From a virus (taxonomy: Duplodnaviria; Caudoviricetes): a stretch of DNA of 64,000 nucleotides. The notes beneath the pieces are model-generated. The model did not search any database. It saw only the letters and a program-made list of their open reading frames with translations, and was not told the origin of the DNA. This document shows, in pieces, positions 1 to 8,261 of this stretch. The translations under genes were made by a program, and so were the position numbers. Location of the stretch: positions 1 to 64,000 of the IMG/VR virus record IMGVR_UViG_3300032295_002257, one strand, 5' to 3'. Each line of letters opens with the position of its first letter. Position 1 is the stretch's first letter.

Positions 1-212
1 CTTCCGATCTCTTTTGGGCAAAACCATTCATACATTTTTTCACAAAGAGTTGCATCAAATATGGATACGGTGTTATCTTCCCAAAAACGGGCTTTACTTT
101 CGGTATTTTCTCTACCTAACTCGGATTGAATATTATAGGTGTTAATCCACCATCTTTTACGTTCTTGCCATTCTTTAGAACGAGTATCTAAAATAGAGAA
201 AGGTTTAATCAT
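1..212 (-). CDS. DNA methyltransferase, N-terminal part (runs off the window start)
   Basis: Not in the ORF track. Manual translation from ATG at 212: MIKPFSILDTRSKEWQERKRWWINTYNIQSELGRE...SIFDATLCEKMYEWFCPKE. This resembles the N-terminus of phage N4/N6 methylases (PFSILD..W..RK..W...SELGR...SIFD..LCE..Y.WF.P). The SAM-binding motif would lie outside the window. Confidence 0.65.
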   Translation of the reverse strand, partial: MIKPFSILDTRSKEWQERKRWWINTYNIQSELGRENTESKARFWEDNTVSIFDATLCEKMYEWFCPKEIG

Positions 213-216
213 AACA

Positions 217-248
217 CAAATATACGAAAAAAGCTTGGAATTACCAAG
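217..248 (-). promoter_or_regulatory. Bacteroidota-type sigma70 (early) promoter
   Basis: CTTG-N20-TATATTTG; the -7 box ends 4 nt before the ATG at 212. Confidence 0.75.
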
Positions 249-253
249 CTTTT
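229..253 (-). terminator. Hairpin, probable intrinsic terminator of the head operon
   Basis: Perfect inverted repeat AAAAGCTTGG-aatta-CCAAGCTTTT just downstream of the stop at 276, with a T-run on the minus strand. Confidence 0.7.
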
Positions 254-275
254 AACCATATTTTTTTAAACTTTA

Positions 276-665
276 TTAATCTAATGCGGATACATCTAAT
301 TCAGCATCTGCACTCATTTGTTGGATATATTCTTCTTCCATATCTCTCAACTTAACCAAATTTGCTTCATATCCTTTAATTTGATTAGTTAGTTTGATAA
401 GAACTTGCTTTAGGATTTCTTTTTTCTTAGGGTCAGTTTCTTTATTATAAGGAACTACAGCTCTTTTTCTATCAGCCGTTAGTTCTTTGATTTTCTTTTC
501 AACTGCTGCCGTTTTTACAAATATCTTTGGAGTCTTACCACTAATTTCTTTAACCACATTTTCCGGCACACAATTAGGAACTTGCTTACCACCTTTATCT
601 TTCATCCCTATCTGCTTATATCCCGTCCAGCAAGCTTCTTCTAATATATTACTTAATTTTATCAT
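276..665 (-). CDS. Putative internal head protein with MIKL leader and CWxGYK...PNCVP module
   Basis: Starts MIKLSNILEE, followed by CWTGYKQIGMKDKGGKQVPNCVP and a helical domain; last gene of the head operon. Confidence 0.6.
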   Translation of the reverse strand: MIKLSNILEEACWTGYKQIGMKDKGGKQVPNCVPENVVKEISGKTPKIFVKTAAVEKKIKELTADRKRAVVPYNKETDPKKKEILKQVLIKLTNQIKGYEANLVKLRDMEEEYIQQMSADAELDVSALD

Positions 666-670
666 ATTAT

Positions 671-1624
671 TTATTTTTTTAATGATGTGGATTTTTCATC
701 TAATTTAAAATGGTCAACAACATCTAATATTTCATTATATCCCATATCTCCCAAATCATCAGCTATTTGATTTCTGCTTGCATTTGTTTTACCGGATACA
801 AATATAGATACTGCTTTTTTAGTGCTTGATGAACCTTTATCATAAAAACTCATTACTTGTTTGAAATGAACATCGTTTGGTCCCATTTCATTTAACTTAC
901 TTCCTTTTACTGATTCTATTGCGTATTTAGCTTCTCTCTCATCCCACTCTTTTTTAGTCATTATACCCACACTCTCAACATTAGAACCACTCAACAATTT
1001 ATCTACATTTTTGCTCAAGTATTGTTTTGCACCTCTAGCAGTATCAAAAGTTTTTAATAACTTCTTACCTCTTGTCATTGATAAATATGCTACCCATTGG
1101 CCCGGTGCAGAAAATGTATTTGCTTCATTTACTGATTCTAATTTTAAACTTCTTTGTGCATTAGTTAAACCACTAATGATAGATTTGATAGCTTTTTTAG
1201 TTGCATCTTCATCTCTCATCATAACTCTTATTTCTAAAGCTTTAGTGTTTGCTTTTAAGAACTTAACAAATACATTATAAATAGTTTTCCAATCGTTTTC
1301 TTTAATTGCTTCGTTTACTGATTCGTTTGTTCCGTATTCGTGATAGTTAGATGATGCTTGTGAAATGAAGTTTTCTGCATTAGTAATATGGTCTTGAATC
1401 CAAGCTGGAATATCCTTTTCGTTTTCTCCCATTTTAGCTTTCAATTCAGTTGCCATCTTAATGATAGTATCTAATGAATTGTTTGCCATTGATACTTCAT
1501 GGTCTTCAGCTTCTTTTATAGTAGGTTGTGGAGTAAATGCCTTAGCATACGGATTAGAATAAACTTTACCTTGCTCAAATTTTCCAAATGCTTTAGAATT
1601 AACTAAACTACCTAATTTTATCAT
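671..1624 (-). CDS. Putative modular internal head protein
   Basis: MIKL leader; four domains separated by TIKE, ESVNE, ESVNE and KLNE linkers. Confidence 0.6.
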   Translation of the reverse strand: MIKLGSLVNSKAFGKFEQGKVYSNPYAKAFTPQPTIKEAEDHEVSMANNSLDTIIKMATELKAKMGENEKDIPAWIQDHITNAENFISQASSNYHEYGTNESVNEAIKENDWKTIYNVFVKFLKANTKALEIRVMMRDEDATKKAIKSIISGLTNAQRSLKLESVNEANTFSAPGQWVAYLSMTRGKKLLKTFDTARGAKQYLSKNVDKLLSGSNVESVGIMTKKEWDEREAKYAIESVKGSKLNEMGPNDVHFKQVMSFYDKGSSSTKKAVSIFVSGKTNASRNQIADDLGDMGYNEILDVVDHFKLDEKSTSLKK

Positions 1625-1636
1625 TTCGTTTTTATT

Positions 1637-2419
1637 TTAGTATTTTGGTCCCATATTACCCTTTGCCATAGAATCTGCCCACAATTGGAACATCTTCTTT
1701 AAATCAGCAGGTAATTGTGTATCTCTGATAGATAACTTACCTTGTGGAGAAATATGTGCAATTATTTTATAATCATCATGCTCTTCTTCTGCTCTATTCC
1801 AAATGGTTAAACCATTTCCCATATATCCAGAACCAATATCGTATTTTTTAGCTTCCTTAATTGGTTTATTACCCAATCTCTCTTTCATAACATCCGTAGG
1901 GATATCAGCTATCTCATAATAACGATTTAGGATGTGACCCATATCTTCATATAAAGAATGTAATCTTTGATCCATTGCTTTTGCTTCTGTTGCAACTTTA
2001 TCGAATGAACTACCTAATTTTTCTAATTCATTCATATTTCTCTTTATAGTGAAAGCATCAAACCAATCACCACTTTCTCTCAATGTCATTTCCTTTGCAG
2101 CCTCAACAATACCACCTAATGTTTCAGCAATCTCAACAATATCAGATTGTCTATTCATTTGTTCCTGATATGTTTTATAAGTTGATATGATTTCTAAGAA
2201 GTGCTTTTTTACTTCCATAGCCAATCTTCTATCCGATTCTTCTTTTATTTGTGCTGCTTTTACTGATTCATTAATAGATTTTTCTAATGAAAATTTTCCA
2301 TTAACAATTTTTACTTCTTTTAATGGTTTTATAGATTTTGGTGCAGTTTTAGGCGCTTTACTTAAGTCCAATTTGAACTTATTCTTACTAATATATCCGT
2401 TTAAATCAAACTTTTCCAT
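1637..2419 (-). CDS. Head-operon protein: helical core plus appended C-terminal module
   Basis: Directly downstream of the prohead protease; PLKE, SINE, QIKE and PIKE linkers; C-terminal GYMGNGLTIWNR...YKIIAHISP module. Confidence 0.55.
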   Translation of the reverse strand: MEKFDLNGYISKNKFKLDLSKAPKTAPKSIKPLKEVKIVNGKFSLEKSINESVKAAQIKEESDRRLAMEVKKHFLEIISTYKTYQEQMNRQSDIVEIAETLGGIVEAAKEMTLRESGDWFDAFTIKRNMNELEKLGSSFDKVATEAKAMDQRLHSLYEDMGHILNRYYEIADIPTDVMKERLGNKPIKEAKKYDIGSGYMGNGLTIWNRAEEEHDDYKIIAHISPQGKLSIRDTQLPADLKKMFQLWADSMAKGNMGPKY

Positions 2420-2420
2420 A

Positions 2421-3014
2421 TTATGCAGTTTCTGTTATAATTTCTCTCATTAAATCTTGTGCTCTACAAAAATCACCACACACATCTGCTTGCTCATCCA
2501 ATTTTCTATTTACAGACTCATTCATAGGTCTCATAAACGCACCATGTGTAGATGGGTTAGATACGAAATCCCAACATAGTAATTCAAAATCTTCTTTTAC
2601 TTGAACTCTATTTCCCGATAAAGGTTCGGTTGAACCCATACCACGAGAAGATATACCTAAAAGGATTCCAGCTCTTAACAACTCTTTTAAAATGTTGCCT
2701 GATGGAGTTGGAAGTATTTCAACAGTACCAACAACATCATCACCTTCCCAATGAACCTCTTTTATATTGTGAGATACATTCTTCAAGTTGATTACAGTAG
2801 ATTCTGGGTGGTCTAATTCACCCAATGCTCTTCTCTCTTGTATTAATTGCTGATACTTTTTAACCTCTCTATCTAAGATGTTTTTTGGATACACTCTACC
2901 ATTTTGGTTTTCAGCTCCAGCTCTTTGAAGAACACCTTTAACTAATGTTCTACCACTAGCATCTTCTTGTATCTTACCTTCAAATAAATTGGTTTCTATT
3001 AAAAGTCCTTTCAT
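2421..3014 (-). CDS. Prohead core protease (T4 gp21-like)
   Basis: GVLQRAGAENQNGRVYP, ALGELDHP, LKNVSHNI, GISSRGMGS and WDFVSNPSTHGAF are gp21 hallmarks; N-terminal LLIE. Confidence 0.92.
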   Translation of the reverse strand: MKGLLIETNLFEGKIQEDASGRTLVKGVLQRAGAENQNGRVYPKNILDREVKKYQQLIQERRALGELDHPESTVINLKNVSHNIKEVHWEGDDVVGTVEILPTPSGNILKELLRAGILLGISSRGMGSTEPLSGNRVQVKEDFELLCWDFVSNPSTHGAFMRPMNESVNRKLDEQADVCGDFCRAQDLMREIITETA

Positions 3015-3020
3015 ATTATA

Positions 3021-4544
3021 TTAATCTTTTATAGTTACCGGATATTTTTTTCCGTTAAACTCAAATTCCGTTAATCCTTCCGTTTTTGCTTTTCTAGCTG
3101 CGTTGATAAATGCTCTACCTTCAGTTACCGATTTTACTGCTTTTCCTTCCATTACACCAACTGCAATATCACCATGAACAAAATCAGGTTTAGATGCGTA
3201 TTTTTTATTTACAATCGCTACCTTATTGTTTGGGGTAGGTTGGATAATATAAATTGGTAATGGTTCAGTAGCGAAAGTATATTTCATACCTAACTTCTTT
3301 AATTCTGCACCAACTCCCATAAATGAAGATGCTGCTTGAACTGCTGATTTAATCGCATCCATTTCCTTTGGAGAAACACCTTCTTTAACTACCGATTCTA
3401 AATATACAAACTTACCATCGGATGATGCTGCTATTTTTTTTGAATTTAAGAAATCAGCTGCTTTTTTAGCATTAGTTGGTGAATCATAAACCATTACACC
3501 ATCATCTTCTACTTTTTTAAATCCTTTATGAATACTACCCATATGTTTAGCAACTTCAGGAGATAAAGATTCTTTAATTGTAGATTTTAATTTAGATAAT
3601 TCTCCTTTTAATTTAGAATCCAATCCTCTTTCAATCCCCCAATTAAATGATGCTTTAACTAACATATCTAATGGTAAATTACCATTCTTTTTACCAAATG
3701 GCGAAGTTCTAATCCAATCAATATAATGTTGTGCCAATTCCTTTGACATCTTAGTTCCCTCTGCTCTCGAAGAATCTCCACTAACTATAGATTGAAGTAA
3801 TTTAGTAGCCATTCCATGTGAACCTTCGTTTACTGATTCTTTCATGCCTTTAAGTTGTTTCCATAATGGCATAAACTTATCTAAAAATTGATCACCAGTA
3901 ATTTTACCTGCATTAGATAGAACTCTTAATTTTTCTATTTTATCCAATATATCTTTTTCGTTGGATTCGTTTACCGATTCGATTGTTCCTTTTAGCTTAG
4001 AAGTCATCTTAGTAAATTCGGCTTTATCAATTCCTAAACTATCCATTACTTGTCCAACCACTTGAACCTTTTGATTATATGTTAAATCAGAATTTTTGAT
4101 TTTATCAATAGCCATATCAAGCTTTGATTTTACAGCCGATGGGATAGTTGCTTTTGGTAACTCCATAGCTTCATCTGCTTTCTTACCTGCTCTCAAATCT
4201 GCTAAATCAGAAGATTCTATTTCACCATCTCCATCAACATCTAATTTCTTTTGTCCACCTACTAATTCCTCTTCTACTTTGTATGTTTCACCACCAACTT
4301 CAAATTCATCTTCACCAGCCTTTTTAGCAGCGGTTACAGCGGCACCAAATGCGTTACCTTCATTCTTTTCACCCTTACCATCCCAAGCAGAATCAATCTT
4401 ATCAAAGAATGCTTTCTTTTCCTCATCACTCATAGATGGGATAGATTTACCAGCTTTTTCTAATGCTTTTTTGAAGAATGCCTGATATTCAGATTCTTCT
4501 GTCATAATGTTTTTTACCAATTCTTTCAACTGAGCTTTATTCAT
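3021..4544 (-). CDS. Modular prohead core/internal protein
   Basis: Adjacent to the protease; many (I/L/V)-x-E linkers (IMTE, ESVNE twice, TIKE, VVKE, SVTE); duplicated G.AF..A...AK..G..EFE..G..Y.V module; EF-hand-like LDVDGDGEIESSDL. Confidence 0.55.
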   Translation of the reverse strand: MNKAQLKELVKNIMTEESEYQAFFKKALEKAGKSIPSMSDEEKKAFFDKIDSAWDGKGEKNEGNAFGAAVTAAKKAGEDEFEVGGETYKVEEELVGGQKKLDVDGDGEIESSDLADLRAGKKADEAMELPKATIPSAVKSKLDMAIDKIKNSDLTYNQKVQVVGQVMDSLGIDKAEFTKMTSKLKGTIESVNESNEKDILDKIEKLRVLSNAGKITGDQFLDKFMPLWKQLKGMKESVNEGSHGMATKLLQSIVSGDSSRAEGTKMSKELAQHYIDWIRTSPFGKKNGNLPLDMLVKASFNWGIERGLDSKLKGELSKLKSTIKESLSPEVAKHMGSIHKGFKKVEDDGVMVYDSPTNAKKAADFLNSKKIAASSDGKFVYLESVVKEGVSPKEMDAIKSAVQAASSFMGVGAELKKLGMKYTFATEPLPIYIIQPTPNNKVAIVNKKYASKPDFVHGDIAVGVMEGKAVKSVTEGRAFINAARKAKTEGLTEFEFNGKKYPVTIKD

Positions 4545-4555
4545 CTTTCTATTAT

Positions 4556-5002
4556 TTATGCTGATAAATTTGTTATTTTTGCGGATATTTTATTTAATCT
4601 CTCTCTGATAACATTTAAATGCCTTTGGGTTCTTTTCCAATAATCAGAACTATTCAATCCGTTTTCGTTTTTTATCTTACTATACCATTCGATGAATTGT
4701 TCAATTTCTTGTAATTGGTTTCTCATATTACGAATACCAACACCTATCTTTTGATTTGGAGTTCCTTCTGTTTTTTTTAATTCATTCCAGCGATTCACAC
4801 CCTCACCAACAATGGTATGACCAGCACCACTAGCTTTAGCCATTTGTTTGTTCTTTTTCTTTTCAGAACCCGGCTTTGTAAATGCAGCAGGAGTATTATA
4901 TCCAACAATACCACCTGTGGTGGATGCTTCTTCTAATTCCTTTTCAGATTCGATTTCTCTAACCAATTCTCTAACTATCTGTCTTAATTTACTTTCCATC
5001 AA
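4556..5002 (-). CDS. Hypothetical head-operon protein
   Basis: 148-aa ORF with tight operon spacing; EASTTGGIVGYNTPAAF motif and a C-terminal coiled coil. Confidence 0.6.
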   Translation of the reverse strand: MMESKLRQIVRELVREIESEKELEEASTTGGIVGYNTPAAFTKPGSEKKKNKQMAKASGAGHTIVGEGVNRWNELKKTEGTPNQKIGVGIRNMRNQLQEIEQFIEWYSKIKNENGLNSSDYWKRTQRHLNVIRERLNKISAKITNLSA

Positions 5003-5870
5003 CTTTGCTTTTTAATTCTTTTAATAATTCTTGAGAAAGAAGTAAAACGGAAACTTGACCATCGGATACACTTCTACCCAATTTTTGTCCTTTTAATACA
5101 GATATAGTTTCGTTTAACTTAATGGTGGTAACTTTATCGGATATTTTTTTATTCAATAAATTTAATTCCGAAATTGTAGATTTAAGTTCTTGTGTAAAAT
5201 AATCTTTGAATTTAGAAGTATTAGTTATATTGTTAATATATTCTCTCAATACTTCTTTTTGTTTAGAATCTAAATTAGTATATTTCTTATTGAATGTTTC
5301 TACTAAAATCTTATAGGTTAATAAACGAATATCTTTATCTTGCTTTTTATACATCTCAACCAATTGTTGAGCTTCATCTTGCGGTTTAACCGATTTAGAT
5401 ACCGGTTTAGATGTTATATTTTCAATTAAGGTAATTTTTGAATCAAATATATCTTTAATATCAGTATCTGTTGTTTTTAATGATTCAAATACTTTATATA
5501 TAGACGCCAAAACTTTATAATTTGTTATAGGAGATGAAAGAAATTGCTCTGAATCAAAACTCTCTTTAATTTGCTTGATAAGATTATACTTTTCCTTATT
5601 TAATTTAGTTGTGTCCAATTTTGAATATGCTTCACAAACTGTTTCTACAAACTTTTCTGCTCTAGTTTCTGAACTATACTTCTCTTTATTTAATAATTCA
5701 TAGAGACGTAATTCTTTGTTTAGTTCCTTTCCTGGAGCAAAGAATTCCTTAACGATTCTTTTTGCGTTTTCGGTCTTGTCCCCATTAAGAACCTCTAATG
5801 TTATCTGTCTTACTAAAAGTTCAAATAACACCCCAGTATTCTTAACCTTCGAGTGCTTTATTTTTTTCAT
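4989..5870 (-). CDS. Hypothetical helical protein downstream of portal
   Basis: 293-aa ORF starting KHSKVKNTGVLFELLVRQIT; late-type motif upstream. Confidence 0.65.
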   Translation of the reverse strand: MKKIKHSKVKNTGVLFELLVRQITLEVLNGDKTENAKRIVKEFFAPGKELNKELRLYELLNKEKYSSETRAEKFVETVCEAYSKLDTTKLNKEKYNLIKQIKESFDSEQFLSSPITNYKVLASIYKVFESLKTTDTDIKDIFDSKITLIENITSKPVSKSVKPQDEAQQLVEMYKKQDKDIRLLTYKILVETFNKKYTNLDSKQKEVLREYINNITNTSKFKDYFTQELKSTISELNLLNKKISDKVTTIKLNETISVLKGQKLGRSVSDGQVSVLLLSQELLKELKSKVDGK

Positions 5871-5911
5871 TTATTTTACCCTATAATTGTTTTAGAATTC
5901 TATATAACACA

Positions 5912-5920
5912 TATAAATAT
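5912..5920 (-). promoter_or_regulatory. Putative late promoter motif ATATTTATA
   Basis: Intergenic, about 40 nt upstream of the start at 5870. Confidence 0.55.
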
Positions 5921-5937
5921 AAAAAATTTATTCTTTA

Positions 5938-7725
5938 TTAAAATTTAGTGTCATCTAATAAGTTTTTTTCATCCAAAAGGTCGGTTTTTTCGTTTTTTTC
6001 GTTCAAAACCTTCTTTTTTGATGATATACCATTTATATATTCTGTTGCTATTTTTTTTGTATTTGCTGAAACATAAACATCCCTTTTACGTTCCTTATGA
6101 TTTTCTTTATCCCCCAATGGGTCTCTACCATAGGGATGTTTATCCTTACCATAAGTATTACCCTCTCTTGGTCTACCACCTACATCAGGATTAGCTTCAC
6201 TTTGAATCTTTGTTTTTAATTCTGCTAAATCACCTTCAACATCTTTTGGTTCTTGTGGAGCAGCCGGGTCATTACCCTCATTTTCTATAGAATTGTAACG
6301 GAATGTATCTTTAATATCATTTACCACTTTACCTCTCTCATCTTTAGAATCATCGGTACTCATGCCAAATATATTAGAATAAATCCAATCTTTAGATAAC
6401 ATCTTTAATGCTGCCATATCAGTTGCCAATCTAACCTTCTCACTCCAAAGATTTACTTTTTCTTGTTCATATATTGTAGATGCGTTGGTTAGAGATAATT
6501 CAAAGTTTACCATTTCAGAATCCTCAATACCCTGAGATGCTAAGTGGACTATTGCCACTTTAGTCAATTCACTAACAATTGTTCTTTGGATTCTTTCGAT
6601 TGTTCTAGCAAAACGAACATCTTCTGCTGCTAAAGTTGCTTTACCATTTACATTCTCATCAAATGATAAGTAAGCCTTTGGAACTCTTAGGGCTGCGAAT
6701 AATTTAGCTTTTAGATATTCAATATCATCAATTGCTGCATAATCCAATCCTCCCAAATTATCAATTGATGTTCCACTATCACCACCCCTTACAGGTAAGA
6801 AGAAATCTTCCGTAAGGTTTTGCATATTGTATTTTAGATTATAATCTCCAGTATCTTTATTAACAAATGGAACTTTCTTCATTTTGTTAATAATCTTCTG
6901 CATATAGTTATCCACTTCAGTTGGTGGGATATTACCAATATCAATTTTGAACACTCTCTTTTCAGGTGCTCTCATAATACGATGGATTAACATCGCATCT
7001 TCCATAAGAGATAATTGTTTCCAAATTCTTCTTGCCGACTCAATCATCGATTTACCATATGGAAGGAAGTTGGTGTCTGAAAGTAATCGGAAGTGAGCCA
7101 TTTCATAATTTTCCCACTCACCCTTTCCTGTTCTATCCATTTCAACTTTGAACTTCACATAATTTGCATTTTTAGGATCTGCTCCTTCCAATCTCTCACT
7201 ATAATATATGGATTGTGGAATTACATTGATAATACCTTTACCTTCTGCTATTTCCAATCCTAAAAAGAAATCTCCGTATTTTACCAAGTTTCTTACCCAA
7301 GGCCATAAATTGAATTCTATGTTTATTACATCATAGAATAAATTATGTAGGATTTCTTTTACATTTTCATTTGAAGAACGAATTTGTAATACATCACCAA
7401 ATTCATTTTTTGTTGTAGATTCATCAGCGTATATATCCAATGCCGATGCTATAATCGGGTCATTATCCATAGCATCATAATCTCTAAAAAGTTCTCTACG
7501 AACTTGATGATATGCCATTGATTGAGCGCCTGCACTCGTTTCATAGAACGATTTTTGTAATTTAGTGTATCTATCTCTTAATTGTAATAGGTTCGTATTG
7601 GTTTGTCTTTCATCAACATCCACTACTTTTCTCCTACCTTTATCATCAATACGAACTACCGCAGTTGTTGAAAAAAGTTTTCTTAACCTACCAAAAAAAG
7701 ACCTATCATCGTTTTGCTCTGCCAT
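5938..7725 (-). CDS. Portal protein (T4 gp20-like)
   Basis: YDAMDNDPIIASALDIYADEST, LMEDAMLIHRIMRAPEKRVFKIDIGN, EDFFLPVRGG and DIEYLKAKLFAALRVPK. Confidence 0.92.
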   Translation of the reverse strand: MAEQNDDRSFFGRLRKLFSTTAVVRIDDKGRRKVVDVDERQTNTNLLQLRDRYTKLQKSFYETSAGAQSMAYHQVRRELFRDYDAMDNDPIIASALDIYADESTTKNEFGDVLQIRSSNENVKEILHNLFYDVINIEFNLWPWVRNLVKYGDFFLGLEIAEGKGIINVIPQSIYYSERLEGADPKNANYVKFKVEMDRTGKGEWENYEMAHFRLLSDTNFLPYGKSMIESARRIWKQLSLMEDAMLIHRIMRAPEKRVFKIDIGNIPPTEVDNYMQKIINKMKKVPFVNKDTGDYNLKYNMQNLTEDFFLPVRGGDSGTSIDNLGGLDYAAIDDIEYLKAKLFAALRVPKAYLSFDENVNGKATLAAEDVRFARTIERIQRTIVSELTKVAIVHLASQGIEDSEMVNFELSLTNASTIYEQEKVNLWSEKVRLATDMAALKMLSKDWIYSNIFGMSTDDSKDERGKVVNDIKDTFRYNSIENEGNDPAAPQEPKDVEGDLAELKTKIQSEANPDVGGRPREGNTYGKDKHPYGRDPLGDKENHKERKRDVYVSANTKKIATEYINGISSKKKVLNEKNEKTDLLDEKNLLDDTKF

Positions 7726-7764
7726 TTTCTATTCTTTTATAATTATAACCTTTATTTTATATAT

Positions 7765-8202
7765 TTACCACTTTCTACAACTCCAATATCTTGCTTTTGT
7801 TCTTGGTCCTGGTTCATCACAATTCATTCTTGCTCTAAAACTCTTCCTTCTTTCAGGATTATCTTTTTTAATTACCATCCCTTTCTGTCCAAAGTTCACT
7901 TTAACAACTTTATCCGTTTTAGGGTTTTTAACATACACCTTAAACTTCTTAACATCACCCTGCATTGGTTTACCCAATTTCACTTCTCTACCCTGATACT
8001 CTGCTTCAAATACACAATTACAATTAGCTTCTGATAATGAAGTTGAATATGCTTTTAAGAAGTTTATGAAATCATCCATATCTTCTTGCTCAACATCTAA
8101 TTCATCATAATCATCAATTGGATTATCAATAGGAGTATTACCCTTTGAATACGCAATATCTATGTATTCATCTTCTTTTATAAGGTTTATTAACTTAATC
8201 AT
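7765..8202 (-). CDS. MIKL-leader protein with basic ...RARMNC...RYWSCRKW module
   Basis: MIKLINLIKE leader; C-terminal AEYQGREVKL...KVNFG...RRKSFRAR...YWSC module recalled from T4-like phages (DUF6321-like, unverified). Confidence 0.6.
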   Translation of the reverse strand: MIKLINLIKEDEYIDIAYSKGNTPIDNPIDDYDELDVEQEDMDDFINFLKAYSTSLSEANCNCVFEAEYQGREVKLGKPMQGDVKKFKVYVKNPKTDKVVKVNFGQKGMVIKKDNPERRKSFRARMNCDEPGPRTKARYWSCRKW

Positions 8203-8235
8203 AATTTTATATTGATAGAATGGTTAAATATATTA

Positions 8236-8244
8236 TATAAATAT
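8236..8244 (-). promoter_or_regulatory. Putative late promoter motif ATATTTATA
   Basis: Intergenic, upstream of the start at 8202. Confidence 0.55.
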
Positions 8245-8261
8245 CAAAAAAAGTAATAAAA

